Of a stretch of DNA of 64,000 nt, positions 23,956 to 33,526 are shown in pieces. The notes beneath the pieces were generated by a model that made no database searches, was not told where the DNA came from, and was given only the letters and a program-made list of their open reading frames with translations. The DNA is from a virus, in IMG/VR virus record IMGVR_UViG_3300020473_000015, one strand, 5' to 3'. Within the stretch, counting starts at the first letter, position 1; every line of letters starts with the position of its first letter. A program made the translations under genes and the position numbers.

Positions 23956-24900
23956 ATGAAATTATTATTTGAAAATTGGAGGAAATACTTGAAAGAGGAA
24001 GAAATTCTTTACGAGAGGATTAATTTACTCTCTAGTAATAAAAGATTTGTTAACGATACCTTAGAAGAAATTGCATCAGAAGATCCTAGACGCCAATTTC
24101 CACTTTCAGACGAAGAACTAGAAAAAATAAAAAGTGTTGCGGGCCTTGATGGAGATCCAGATTTTTTAGGATCCGGCTCAAGAGGATCTGCATGGCAATT
24201 TGGTGATAAGGTTTTAAAAATCACAGCGGACAGTTCTGAAGCGCGTGCTGCTAATTTATTAATTGACAAAGAGCATCCAAATGTATATAAAATATTTTTA
24301 GTTGTGCAAAGAGACCCAAAGCACCTTGAAACGTTAAGGCATGCGCCATATATTGTTGTTTATGAATTATTAGATTATCCAAACAACGCCATGGTAGATA
24401 CTACAAATAATTTATATCACAAGCTTAAAACAAATAATATTTTTTATAATTGGGATGAAAATTATTTAGAGAAAGCAAAAGGTTCGATGAGTGCTTTGTT
24501 GCAATATATTAACAAACATCCAGAATCTTTAGAACGCGAAGAGAAAAAAGGATCCGACATAAGACCTACTCTTGAAAATTTAGCTGCTCAGATTGGATTA
24601 GATAAACTTGAGACAAAATTATTAATCACTTTGTGGATTTTTAGCCGCGGTGCATACAACGATACTTTAGATAGCCCACTTAAAGCGTTGGAACATGTAA
24701 GAGAAATATTTGGAAGCGTTAAAACTAATTATTTAAACCAATTAGCTTTAGGTTTGACCTGGTTAAATAAGAATGGTATTAAATTTCCTGATTTAAAAAC
24801 TTCCAATGTAATGGAAAAAGATGGTCAAATAGCTATCATTGACATTGGTTATTCACAGGTAAGAGAGAAGAAAAATATTCCAACGATTGGGGAACTATAA
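23956..24900 (+). CDS. Leader class B protein kinase-like enzyme
   Basis: MKLLFENWRKYLKEEE; LGSGSRG, VLKIT, DLKTSN, IIDIG. Confidence 0.8.
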   Translation: MKLLFENWRKYLKEEEILYERINLLSSNKRFVNDTLEEIASEDPRRQFPLSDEELEKIKSVAGLDGDPDFLGSGSRGSAWQFGDKVLKITADSSEARAANLLIDKEHPNVYKIFLVVQRDPKHLETLRHAPYIVVYELLDYPNNAMVDTTNNLYHKLKTNNIFYNWDENYLEKAKGSMSALLQYINKHPESLEREEKKGSDIRPTLENLAAQIGLDKLETKLLITLWIFSRGAYNDTLDSPLKALEHVREIFGSVKTNYLNQLALGLTWLNKNGIKFPDLKTSNVMEKDGQIAIIDIGYSQVREKKNIPTIGEL

Positions 24901-25449
24901 ATGAAATTATTATTTGAAAATTGGCGACAGTATTTAACTGAAAATCAAGAAGAGAACAAGGCAACAAAATTTCCAGCAATTGTCACCTTCGATTTTGATG
25001 ACACTTTGTCATTATCTCACTGGGGTGAAGAAGAAGATGATTGGGTCTACGACGGGCCTCATCAAGAAATGATGGATATACTAATGGATTATCACAGGAA
25101 AGGCTCTAAAATATTTATTGTTACCTCAAGACACAAAGAACTTCAAGACGAGGAGGGGAAATGGTTTAAACATCTTCCAAACACCAATCCCCCTAGAAAG
25201 TACTTTGAAGAATTCCAAATGCCAGTTTGGAAATTTGTTAAAAAACATGGATTGCCAATTCAAGATGTCATATTTACTAACGGAGAGGTAAAAGCAAAAG
25301 CTGAAGATGGCTTAATTGAAATAGGTTCGGATGTACATCATGATGATGATCCAGAGGAAATAAGAGCAGCTGAAGAGGCTGGAATTAAAGCTATTGTCTC
25401 CGATCCATATGGAGATTATAAAAGACTTGAAAAGGGTTTTGTAAAATGA
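24901..25449 (+). CDS. Leader class B HAD-superfamily phosphatase
   Basis: MKLLFENWRQYLTE; DFDDTL, VTSR, K, HHDDD motifs. Confidence 0.85.
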   Translation: MKLLFENWRQYLTENQEENKATKFPAIVTFDFDDTLSLSHWGEEEDDWVYDGPHQEMMDILMDYHRKGSKIFIVTSRHKELQDEEGKWFKHLPNTNPPRKYFEEFQMPVWKFVKKHGLPIQDVIFTNGEVKAKAEDGLIEIGSDVHHDDDPEEIRAAEEAGIKAIVSDPYGDYKRLEKGFVK

Positions 25450-26249
25450 AATGGAAAGATTATTTAGAGGAAAATATTGATCCGGATGACGTAGATATTA
25501 AAAATGTCGCGGTCAAAGATAATTTAGATCCTGTAATATGGGATGATCGATTAAATTTAAAGAATTATCTTGCGGAACATTTATATAAAATAGCCAAAGA
25601 TTTTTTTAAAACATTGGATTTAGATTGGAACTTAGTTGAAGATGTAACTCTAACTGGATCTCTAGCAAACTACAATTGGTCTAAATATTCTGATGTGGAT
25701 TTACATTTGATCGTTGATTATGCAGAAGTAGATGAAAATGAAAAGCTTGTTAAAGATTTTTTCAGAAACGCTAGCGCAATGTGGAATCGTACTCATAAAA
25801 TAACAGTGAAGGGTCATGATGTGGAATTGTATGTCCAGGACTCAAAAGAGCCACACCATTCAACAGGAGTGTATTCTATAAAGTATGATAGATGGAATAA
25901 CACTCCAACAAAATATGATCCACAAATAGATAAAGAATCATTAAAGAAGAAGTCTGCAAAATGGATGAACGATATTGATGAGGTATATGAACTGCTTGCA
26001 GTAAAAGATTATAAAACCGCAAATGAACAATCTGAGCGTCTTATGAAAAAATTAAAAAAATATAGACAAGGTGGATTAGAAAAAGGTGGAGAGCATTCAA
26101 TTGAAAATTTAGTTTTTAAAGTTCTAAGACGTAATGACTATTTACAGAGACTCTCTAATTTAAGAATTGTATCGTATGATAATATGATGACTGTCAATGG
26201 AGGAATAGGAAGTGAAATTATCAAAATCAGTCTTAATGAAACTAATTAA
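25446..26249 (+). CDS. Pol-beta superfamily nucleotidyltransferase with shortened class B leader
   Basis: MKWKDYLEE; GSLANYNWSKYSDVDLHL, DVELYVQD, ENLVFKVLRR. Confidence 0.8.
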   Translation: MKWKDYLEENIDPDDVDIKNVAVKDNLDPVIWDDRLNLKNYLAEHLYKIAKDFFKTLDLDWNLVEDVTLTGSLANYNWSKYSDVDLHLIVDYAEVDENEKLVKDFFRNASAMWNRTHKITVKGHDVELYVQDSKEPHHSTGVYSIKYDRWNNTPTKYDPQIDKESLKKKSAKWMNDIDEVYELLAVKDYKTANEQSERLMKKLKKYRQGGLEKGGEHSIENLVFKVLRRNDYLQRLSNLRIVSYDNMMTVNGGIGSEIIKISLNETN

Positions 26250-26277
26250 AGAAGAGCTTGCAACTCTTTATGAATGA
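26212..26277 (+). CDS. Leader-only class A peptide (21 aa); the frame continues after TGA to 26358
   Basis: GTG 26212 after GGAGGA; MKLSKSVLMKLIKEELATLYE* then in-frame PENPLGSPEESVVMIAEDEDEDEEEV*. Confidence 0.6.
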   Translation: MKLSKSVLMKLIKEELATLYE

Positions 26278-26360
26278 CCTGAAAATCCTTTGGGGTCTCC
26301 AGAGGAAAGTGTTGTTATGATTGCCGAAGATGAAGACGAAGACGAAGAAGAGGTATAACT

Positions 26361-26615
26361 ATGTGTTTAGTTTGTATTGAATATGAAAAGGGCAAATTAA
26401 AAATTAATGAGGCCCTCAGAAACATAGAAGAAATGAAAGAAGTTGTTGGTCAAGAACATTATGATGAAACTATGGCATTTCTCACTCAAGAATTGTTAAA
26501 AGAACAATGGAGTGAATATGATTTCGGTCGTGACATCGAAGATAGTCTCTTTGAATATGATTTTCATAGTGGCGATGATGACGACCCATGGGAAGAAACA
26601 GGGTTCGGGGACTAA
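26361..26615 (+). CDS. Acidic small protein (MCLVC start)
   Basis: GAGG SD; ORF track. Confidence 0.7.
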   Translation: MCLVCIEYEKGKLKINEALRNIEEMKEVVGQEHYDETMAFLTQELLKEQWSEYDFGRDIEDSLFEYDFHSGDDDDPWEETGFGD

Positions 26616-28720
26616 TGAAGTTTTTTGAAGGTTGGAATCGGTTCTTAAATGAGTCCGAAGATGTAGACGTTTATGCAAAAACCAAACTACAAAAGCCCAA
26701 AGGTCAGGAAATAGAAACTGATGAGTATGATGCGCCCTATGAATATGATGATTCACCCGAAAAATCAGCAGAAACATATTTTGGCAAAAGTCCTGACAAT
26801 CTTCCGTGCGTAAGAGATCTTAGAGATCAATCAAAAGATGTTTTTCCTCCAGATTTTTATAAATGTATGGAGGCTGCAGGCTATACTAAACTTGGAGCAG
26901 GCTCTTTTAGAGCAACTTTCGATGTTCCAGAAAATCCTGAGCTAGTTTTAAAGATTGTCGGCCCTGCAAATAGCTATCCAGAACAAATAAGAAGCAGAGA
27001 GATGAACAAAGAGGAGGCTAAAGCCTCTTATCAAACCGCGTCTGAATTAATTCCTAAAGTTTACAATAGTGCTAAAGATTATTTTTGGATTATATCCGAA
27101 AAAGTGACTCCAATAGAGGATTGGAAGGCGATGCAGGAGTTTTTCCCCATATGGAAAGAGGAGCCTCTTGAAGAATTTCAATATTGGTTCCAAAAATTAA
27201 TTGATTCTAGAACAATACCTAAAATTGCTGCGGAGCGAATAAATAAACGAGCAGAATATACAGTAAGTTATGGCGACGGTGAAGAATTGGTCAACGATCC
27301 TCTCATATTAAACATTCGTGACCTTCTAGCACAATTTGATTTACCTGCATGGGACATTAGACCACATAATGTTGGTTATGCTGTTAGAAATGGTCAAAAA
27401 CAGTTTGTTATATTAGACCCAGGCTTTGAATTGGGGAAAGATGTCGGCACTATTAAAGGCCAAGCTGTGGATCCAGGAAGGGGAATATCAGCTATCTTTG
27501 ACGATGATAAGAAATATGTTAAGACCTGGAGTCCAGAAGCTCGTAAGACCACAGTCGTAAAAGAGAATTTAAATAAAAATTGGCAACTTTTCTTAGAAAA
27601 TGAAGAAAATGAAGAAAATGAAGAAAATGTAAAGGGTCCGGACGACTTTTTCTACGATATTTCGAAATCTCCGAACAAAATCACTATTAATGTGCTTGAT
27701 ATGGATAAAAACCCCGTTGATAGCAAGAAAAAAGACACAAAATCCTTTATTTCAATGGAAAAACGCACAGATGTGCCAAATTGGGAAGTTTCCTGGTCAT
27801 CTTCGCCCGAAAACAGCAAAGAAGTGGGCAAAACCATGTATTTAATGGCTCTAGAGCTAGCTGAAGAGGGATTAGCGCCCGATTCTTACGAAACTAGCCC
27901 AGATGCACTTAAAATTTGGCACATATTCATGAAAAACAATGAATTTGGGGTTGAAAAGCAGTTAAAAGACGGTCATGAGGGTCAAGATGAGTCAGATCCC
28001 TTCAATTTTGTGTTTTTTAAGCCAAAAAGTGGCATTTTAGGCCAATATCAGCACCAAATTAACGAAAAAGAGGCAAAAAGTGACGAAAAAGCGGGTTTTG
28101 ACCCCGAAAAAGAGGAAAAAGTCGAATATTTCGACCCAGAACAGTTTAATTGGGAAGATTTAGACGATATTGACGAACTATATGAGCGCTTAACCAGAGA
28201 TAATGACACAGATATGGTCTCAAAGGTGATTATTGCCGATGATAGCGGCAAAATATTGATTTTAAAGCGCTCAGATAAGGGAAATATGTGGGATTTGCCC
28301 GGAGGACACCTAAAAAAAGGTGAAAATCCGCTTGATGGGGCCCACAGAGAGACAAAAGAAGAGACAAATCTTGATATTTCGGATTTAAGTGCCTTAAATA
28401 CGCATGAAAACGTTCATTTTTTCAAATGTGGAGCACCAAAAGGAGATATATCACTCCAACCAGAGGAGCATACTGACTTTATGTGGGTAAATCCGAAGGA
28501 AATTGACCAATACGACATGAAAAACCACCAAAAAGAAGCTATTTTAGGTGCATTTGAGCCTTTAGAGGAACAAAATGAGCCATATCAGAGGTTTTCTAGG
28601 GGTACATACAAGAAATTTATAACAAAATTGGCCAAACAAGGCCCAAATAAGTATAGTATAGGTGGGAAAATGAAAAAAGCAGCTGCAAAACACCTCAAAA
28701 GTGGCCCACCGGGAGGCTAA
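26615..28720 (+). CDS. Leader class B multidomain protein: kinase-like + GNAT-like + Nudix hydrolase
   Basis: MKFFEGWNRFLNE; LGAGSFR/VLKI/DIRPHN/LDPG; VGKTMYLMALELA; Nudix box GGHLKKGENPLDGAHRETKEETNL; internal NWQLFLE. Confidence 0.8.
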   Translation: MKFFEGWNRFLNESEDVDVYAKTKLQKPKGQEIETDEYDAPYEYDDSPEKSAETYFGKSPDNLPCVRDLRDQSKDVFPPDFYKCMEAAGYTKLGAGSFRATFDVPENPELVLKIVGPANSYPEQIRSREMNKEEAKASYQTASELIPKVYNSAKDYFWIISEKVTPIEDWKAMQEFFPIWKEEPLEEFQYWFQKLIDSRTIPKIAAERINKRAEYTVSYGDGEELVNDPLILNIRDLLAQFDLPAWDIRPHNVGYAVRNGQKQFVILDPGFELGKDVGTIKGQAVDPGRGISAIFDDDKKYVKTWSPEARKTTVVKENLNKNWQLFLENEENEENEENVKGPDDFFYDISKSPNKITINVLDMDKNPVDSKKKDTKSFISMEKRTDVPNWEVSWSSSPENSKEVGKTMYLMALELAEEGLAPDSYETSPDALKIWHIFMKNNEFGVEKQLKDGHEGQDESDPFNFVFFKPKSGILGQYQHQINEKEAKSDEKAGFDPEKEEKVEYFDPEQFNWEDLDDIDELYERLTRDNDTDMVSKVIIADDSGKILILKRSDKGNMWDLPGGHLKKGENPLDGAHRETKEETNLDISDLSALNTHENVHFFKCGAPKGDISLQPEEHTDFMWVNPKEIDQYDMKNHQKEAILGAFEPLEEQNEPYQRFSRGTYKKFITKLAKQGPNKYSIGGKMKKAAAKHLKSGPPGG

Positions 28721-28752
28721 ACACTAGTTATTTAGGAGAGGAGAAGCTTAAA

Positions 28753-28956
28753 TTGCCATTTCTAACCGATATTCCCCCAGAATTGATCGATTTTTTGATT
28801 GAAAAAGAGAAAAAAGAGCAAGAAAAGGGCCATGAAATGCCTTTTTTACAGCTTCCAGTGCCATATATGCCCGAAATTGAGGGCCAAAATAGCCAAAAAA
28901 ACCCCCAAAATGACCAAAATGACGATAATCAAGGGGCTATAATTATAGATTTATAG
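28753..28956 (+). CDS. Small hypothetical protein
   Basis: TTG after AGGAGAGGAG; ends AIIIDL. Confidence 0.55.
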   Translation: MPFLTDIPPELIDFLIEKEKKEQEKGHEMPFLQLPVPYMPEIEGQNSQKNPQNDQNDDNQGAIIIDL

Positions 28957-28977
28957 TGTGTGTTTTAAGAATTTTAA

Positions 28978-28987
28978 GACTATTTAT
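28978..28987 (+). promoter_or_regulatory. Putative late-promoter motif GACTATTTAT
   Basis: Upstream of AAGGAG and ATG 29011. Confidence 0.55.
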
Positions 28988-29010
28988 GAGGTAAAAAGGA
29001 GACATTTCAT

Positions 29011-30117
29011 ATGCGCGTCACAAAAACTGAACTTAAAAGGCTCATTAAGGAAGAATTAGAAGCAGTTTTAAAAGAAAAGGTGGGCGACGATCTCGACTCA
29101 GATCTGCAGCATGCGGAGCATTGGTATGAGCATTGGAAAAATATACATAATAATACCAGTGATAAAAACGGCCAGATGTGGGATGACTCCAGAATGCAGA
29201 TGCAGCACTATTTGGCACAAATTACAAATATTAAAGCCGCGAAGAAGGCCGCAGCTGCGAAGAAGAAAGCTGCCGCGAAGGAAGCGATGAAGGCTCGTCG
29301 ACAAGATGCTCTATCAACCATGGACACGCCACAAGAGGCAATGGAATATTGGTGTGGGAAAGATTGTCCTCCAGACACTCCAGTGCCGGAAGATTGGAAA
29401 GAGAGGACAAAGGCGGCACTATTGAAACAATTTTCTGGTGGCGACTGGAAAGAGGGCAAAGTTGAGGAGGGGGACATCGAAGTAGACTGGATGCCCGAAC
29501 CTAATGATTGGGTTGGTTCTGGATATAGAGAAGTTGCTAGCGCAGTTAAAAACATTACTGGCTTAAAATCTCTAAAGGGGGGCTGGTGGAGAAAGCCGCT
29601 ACCAGAAGGCAAATGTAATGATCCAGAATTTTGTTATACAGAAGGTCGTAGAGCGGGTAGAATGAAACGCAATCACCCTGTTCGAGTTGCATTCCGAAAA
29701 TATTATAATGCAAGAAAAGGAAAGAAAAGAAAGCCAAAAAAAGAAGGCCCAATGAAATTTTATACAAAAGGTAATCAGGCTTCAGCTGGTGCAATTGAGG
29801 CAATTAAAAAAGGCGAAGAGGCAGTATTGGTGGTTGATGATAACCAAAAAGAAGTGAGTCGAATTAAAGACATTGATGAAGCCATTGGTATAGTAATGGG
29901 AAATATTAATGCTTCTGATGATAAAGGCGACAGAAAGGCGAGTCGAGCGGCTAGAAAAGAACTTAGAAGGCTTAAAGTCACGAAGCGCGCTCTAGCTAAA
30001 AAAGCAAATAAAAAAGCTGGCTTGGGAGATCTCTATAAAAGAGCAGGAAAGAGAAAACGCGTTCCCTCATCACAACTAACCAAAAAACAACAAAATTTAC
30101 AAACCAAGGCTAAATAA
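29011..30117 (+). CDS. Leader class A protein with GGWWR domain and very basic C-terminus
   Basis: MRVTKTELKRLIKEELEAVLKE; WVG...GGWWR...HPVRVAFR. Confidence 0.8.
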   Translation: MRVTKTELKRLIKEELEAVLKEKVGDDLDSDLQHAEHWYEHWKNIHNNTSDKNGQMWDDSRMQMQHYLAQITNIKAAKKAAAAKKKAAAKEAMKARRQDALSTMDTPQEAMEYWCGKDCPPDTPVPEDWKERTKAALLKQFSGGDWKEGKVEEGDIEVDWMPEPNDWVGSGYREVASAVKNITGLKSLKGGWWRKPLPEGKCNDPEFCYTEGRRAGRMKRNHPVRVAFRKYYNARKGKKRKPKKEGPMKFYTKGNQASAGAIEAIKKGEEAVLVVDDNQKEVSRIKDIDEAIGIVMGNINASDDKGDRKASRAARKELRRLKVTKRALAKKANKKAGLGDLYKRAGKRKRVPSSQLTKKQQNLQTKAK

Positions 30118-30119
30118 CA

Positions 30120-30734
30120 GTGTTTATTACAAAAAATAAACTCCGCACAATTATTCAAGAAGAATTGGAGAATGTTGTTGATGATTTACAAAACATTTGG
30201 AAAATGTTGGGGGCAAAAGACAAGGCTGCGTTTGCTAGTAACGTTAAAAAAGTAAAAAATACAATACAAAGAAAACGCACATCGTCTTCGCGCAACAAGT
30301 GCCCAGAAGGAGAAGAACAAGTAGGTACATTGGAAGGCGGCGAAGTTGTATGTTGGCCTATAGGTTGGGAACCTCCAGAACCAAAAAAATTAACACAAAG
30401 ACAACTTAACATGCCCAGAACGAGTACAAAAAAAAGTAAAACAGTGGCACACAAGCCTGCTCCTGAAGAATTGCCAATAAATATTGATGGGGATGAAGAT
30501 TCAGCGCTTTGGACGGTTTTAACACACAAAGGACAAAACGCATCAAAAGAGGAAAACGCTAGAAATATTCAAATATTTAAAAAAGTATTCGGGGACGGAG
30601 ATTATGATGAAGAAGATATTGCACTTGTTAATAAATTATTAGATTCTCCCGAATTCGCTTGGACAAAAAAAGCTAGATACAACCCAAGAAGAAAGTGGGC
30701 TGTAAAGATGCTGCGGCAGGGTGGAAAAAAATAA
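30120..30734 (+). CDS. Leader class A protein
   Basis: MFITKNKLRTIIQEELE. Confidence 0.75.
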   Translation: MFITKNKLRTIIQEELENVVDDLQNIWKMLGAKDKAAFASNVKKVKNTIQRKRTSSSRNKCPEGEEQVGTLEGGEVVCWPIGWEPPEPKKLTQRQLNMPRTSTKKSKTVAHKPAPEELPINIDGDEDSALWTVLTHKGQNASKEENARNIQIFKKVFGDGDYDEEDIALVNKLLDSPEFAWTKKARYNPRRKWAVKMLRQGGKK

Positions 30735-30736
30735 AT

Positions 30737-31081
30737 ATGAAGCCAATTCTTGAAAATTTTAGAAAATATCTAAAAGAAATTAAAAATAGGTGGGAATTTG
30801 ATGTCCTAGTGCGCTTAGATAAGGACGCAAACCTTTATGCAGATATTTTTGAGAAAATTCGCGCTATTCCTGGTGTAACAATTGTTAAAACCGAAGAAAA
30901 ACAAAGAAATATTTCTCAAACTCAAAAAGCAGCTGTATTAGAGATTAAATGTATTGTTGGTGATACTGGAATGGGGAACTATGCACTGTTTTTAAAGAAA
31001 CAACTAGCCAAAATAAAAGATGAAGAAGGTGATAGAATTTTAGGCGTACAATTCACTACACCTCCAGAAGATATATCATAA
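30737..31081 (+). CDS. Leader class B small alpha/beta protein
   Basis: MKPILENFRKYLKE; IRAIPGVTIV. Confidence 0.75.
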   Translation: MKPILENFRKYLKEIKNRWEFDVLVRLDKDANLYADIFEKIRAIPGVTIVKTEEKQRNISQTQKAAVLEIKCIVGDTGMGNYALFLKKQLAKIKDEEGDRILGVQFTTPPEDIS

Positions 31082-31137
31082 AAATAAAAAACATTTGCTT
31101 TTTATTGTATTCTATTAATAGTTACTTATAGGAGGTA

Positions 31138-33270
31138 ATGTATGTGTCGTTATTACGACCTATAATCCCATTAGTATTATTAATAGCACTTTTATCAGCA
31201 TGTGGTGATGATAAACAAGGGAATTCTTTACCTCAAAATAATATTACCTATCCAGATATAATTTCAGATACACAAGATACGAGTAACACAGAAGATGTCG
31301 AAGACACTAAAGAAATAGAAGAAGATACGTATTCTATTTGGACAGATCCGTGTGTTGAATGCGCATGGTATTTTTGTGCAAATTTAGATGTAATGTATCA
31401 AAAACAAATTTGTGTTAATAATTGCGAAGATCCAGCGACAGTAGTTTATGAAAGTGAGTGCAAAGAGCACCTTGAATGTAATCCCGCTCAACAACTATTA
31501 GAAACAGCAATTCCATGTACAACAGAAGATGGATATCCAGGATTTAAAGACAAAATATGCAATAAAGGTCAAATACAATATACAAATTGTAAATCAGACT
31601 GTTCAGAAGAGGTGTGTGACCTCGTAGACAACGATTGCGATGGTGAGATCGATGAAGGCGTTATAAACGCCTGTGGACAGTGTGGAGACGTTCCTGAAGA
31701 GGTTTGTGACTATATAGACAACGATTGTGATGGTGTAATTGACAATGGCGTTGCAAATGCATGTGGAGGCTGTGGAAAAGTACCAGAAGAAGTTTGTAAT
31801 GGTATTGACGATGACTGCGATGGTGAAGTCGATGAGGGTCAATTAAATGCGTGTGGAGAATGTGGTCCACTAGAAGATGAAATTTGCGATGGTATTGATA
31901 ACGATTGTAATGGATTAATCGATGAAGACTTGGTGGGAGAATGTTCTACAGACTGTGAAAAAAATCTACAATATTGTGTTGGTGGACAGTGGATATGTAC
32001 TGCTAAACAACCTAAAGAAGAAATATGTAATGGTTTAGATGATGACTGTGATGGGAAAGCTGATGAAGGATTAGATTGCCTCTGTACAAAACAAGATATT
32101 GGCACTTTATTTAAATGTCAAGAAAGTCCTTTAGTTTGCGGAGCAGGATATAAAACATGTGAATGTGCAGATCCAAGCGATCCAACATGTTCAGAGTTAC
32201 AATTAACTGAATGTTTGGCAACTTGCCATTGGTTCCCAGAAACAGTTCCGGCTGGTTCAACTTGTGATAAATATCTTGGAGAAATTAAACCGGAAGAGTG
32301 TAATAACCATGATGATAACTGTAACCAACTAGTTGATGAAGATTTGTTTGCAAATTGTTATAGTGGCCCTCCGGAAACAATGCTAGTAGGTATATGTTTA
32401 CCGGGGGTTATGACATGTTTAGAAGGATCGTGGGGAAATTATGATGATAATAATGATTTTATTAAGAAGCTCTGCTTAGGTGAAGTAGTGCCACAACCTG
32501 AAGATATATGCAATGGTACAGATACAAACTGTGATGGTAAAATTGATGAAGATAAGGAATTAGAGCCAACAGACATTCTTTTTATTATTGATTTATCAGG
32601 CTCTATGCAAGAAGAAATTAATGCTGTCACAACTGCTTTAAATAAATTTGCAACTCACTATAGCGATTCCGATGTTATAAAATGGGGCCTCGTATTTACC
32701 GCATCAGCGACACCTCTTGGCGAGCGTGTTGTGCTAGCAACAGATTTAGTAGATTTTCAAACGTTTATGTCTATTTTTGAAAATTATGGATTCTCATTAA
32801 TGGGTGGTGAAGAGCAAAACTACGATGCCATATATATGGCAATTCATAATTTGATCGGACCACAGGATTTGCCATACGCGTTGTCTGATTTAGAGTGGAA
32901 AGGGCCTTACTCATGGTCAAATAGTCCCATAGATTCGTCACCTCCTAAAGATACTTGGAAAATAAGCTGGAGAAATGATGCAAAGCATGTGATAATTCTT
33001 TTTTCAGATGAAGAAGGGCAAACTTATCTAGAGCCAAAAATTACAGAAAATATTTTAGTCAATATGATTAATGCTGCTGATGAATTAGCTATATATGCCT
33101 TTACTCAAGATTGGCTGATAGATAGCGGAGCTTCAGACAATTATGTAGTTTTAACTCAAGCTGGAATGAAAGGTAAAGCCTATTACCTCACAATGAAGGC
33201 AATAGAGATGTACAACAATCTTCTTGAAATTCTTGATGAAACTGCTTGTGGCGGGAAAACGAATCCATGA
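31138..33270 (+). CDS. Lipoprotein with MopE-related Cys/Asp repeats and C-terminal VWA domain
   Basis: Lipobox LSAC; repeated EVCDxxDNDCDGxIDEG units; DILFIIDLSGSM MIDAS; GGAGG SD. Confidence 0.85.
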   Translation: MYVSLLRPIIPLVLLIALLSACGDDKQGNSLPQNNITYPDIISDTQDTSNTEDVEDTKEIEEDTYSIWTDPCVECAWYFCANLDVMYQKQICVNNCEDPATVVYESECKEHLECNPAQQLLETAIPCTTEDGYPGFKDKICNKGQIQYTNCKSDCSEEVCDLVDNDCDGEIDEGVINACGQCGDVPEEVCDYIDNDCDGVIDNGVANACGGCGKVPEEVCNGIDDDCDGEVDEGQLNACGECGPLEDEICDGIDNDCNGLIDEDLVGECSTDCEKNLQYCVGGQWICTAKQPKEEICNGLDDDCDGKADEGLDCLCTKQDIGTLFKCQESPLVCGAGYKTCECADPSDPTCSELQLTECLATCHWFPETVPAGSTCDKYLGEIKPEECNNHDDNCNQLVDEDLFANCYSGPPETMLVGICLPGVMTCLEGSWGNYDDNNDFIKKLCLGEVVPQPEDICNGTDTNCDGKIDEDKELEPTDILFIIDLSGSMQEEINAVTTALNKFATHYSDSDVIKWGLVFTASATPLGERVVLATDLVDFQTFMSIFENYGFSLMGGEEQNYDAIYMAIHNLIGPQDLPYALSDLEWKGPYSWSNSPIDSSPPKDTWKISWRNDAKHVIILFSDEEGQTYLEPKITENILVNMINAADELAIYAFTQDWLIDSGASDNYVVLTQAGMKGKAYYLTMKAIEMYNNLLEILDETACGGKTNP

Positions 33271-33491
33271 GATACATCACCATCGCTAGTTTTTTAGTTG
33301 GTGTGATGATTTTAGGGTGTGAAATTGAAGATAAAATAGAAAAGGCTGCTGATAGATGTGAAGATAAAGTTGCAAAAGCATTAGAAAACATTGAAGATGC
33401 ATGTTTAACTAAAGAAGAAATTATAGAGCTTCTCTACTCTCTTAGAGATAATCCTAATACTGGTACTGATGGGGGAATATGTGATAATTGA
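33267..33491 (+). CDS. Small lipoprotein
   Basis: MRYITIASFLVGVMILGC; ATGA overlap. Confidence 0.65.
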   Translation: MRYITIASFLVGVMILGCEIEDKIEKAADRCEDKVAKALENIEDACLTKEEIIELLYSLRDNPNTGTDGGICDN

Positions 33492-33520
33492 TTGACAAAC
33501 ATGTTTATATTTGATATTAT
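33492..33520 (+). promoter_or_regulatory. Sigma70-type promoter
   Basis: TTGACA-N17-TATTAT; ATG 33527 at +7. Confidence 0.65.
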
Positions 33521-33526
33521 ATTTAT

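Noticed and set aside
26212-26358. Genome-wide stop-codon reassignment (TGA or TAG recoded)
   Set aside because: All long recognisable genes are intact under the standard code, and TGA/TAG/TAA all terminate genes with ATGA or TAATG coupling. Only this single in-frame TGA was seen.
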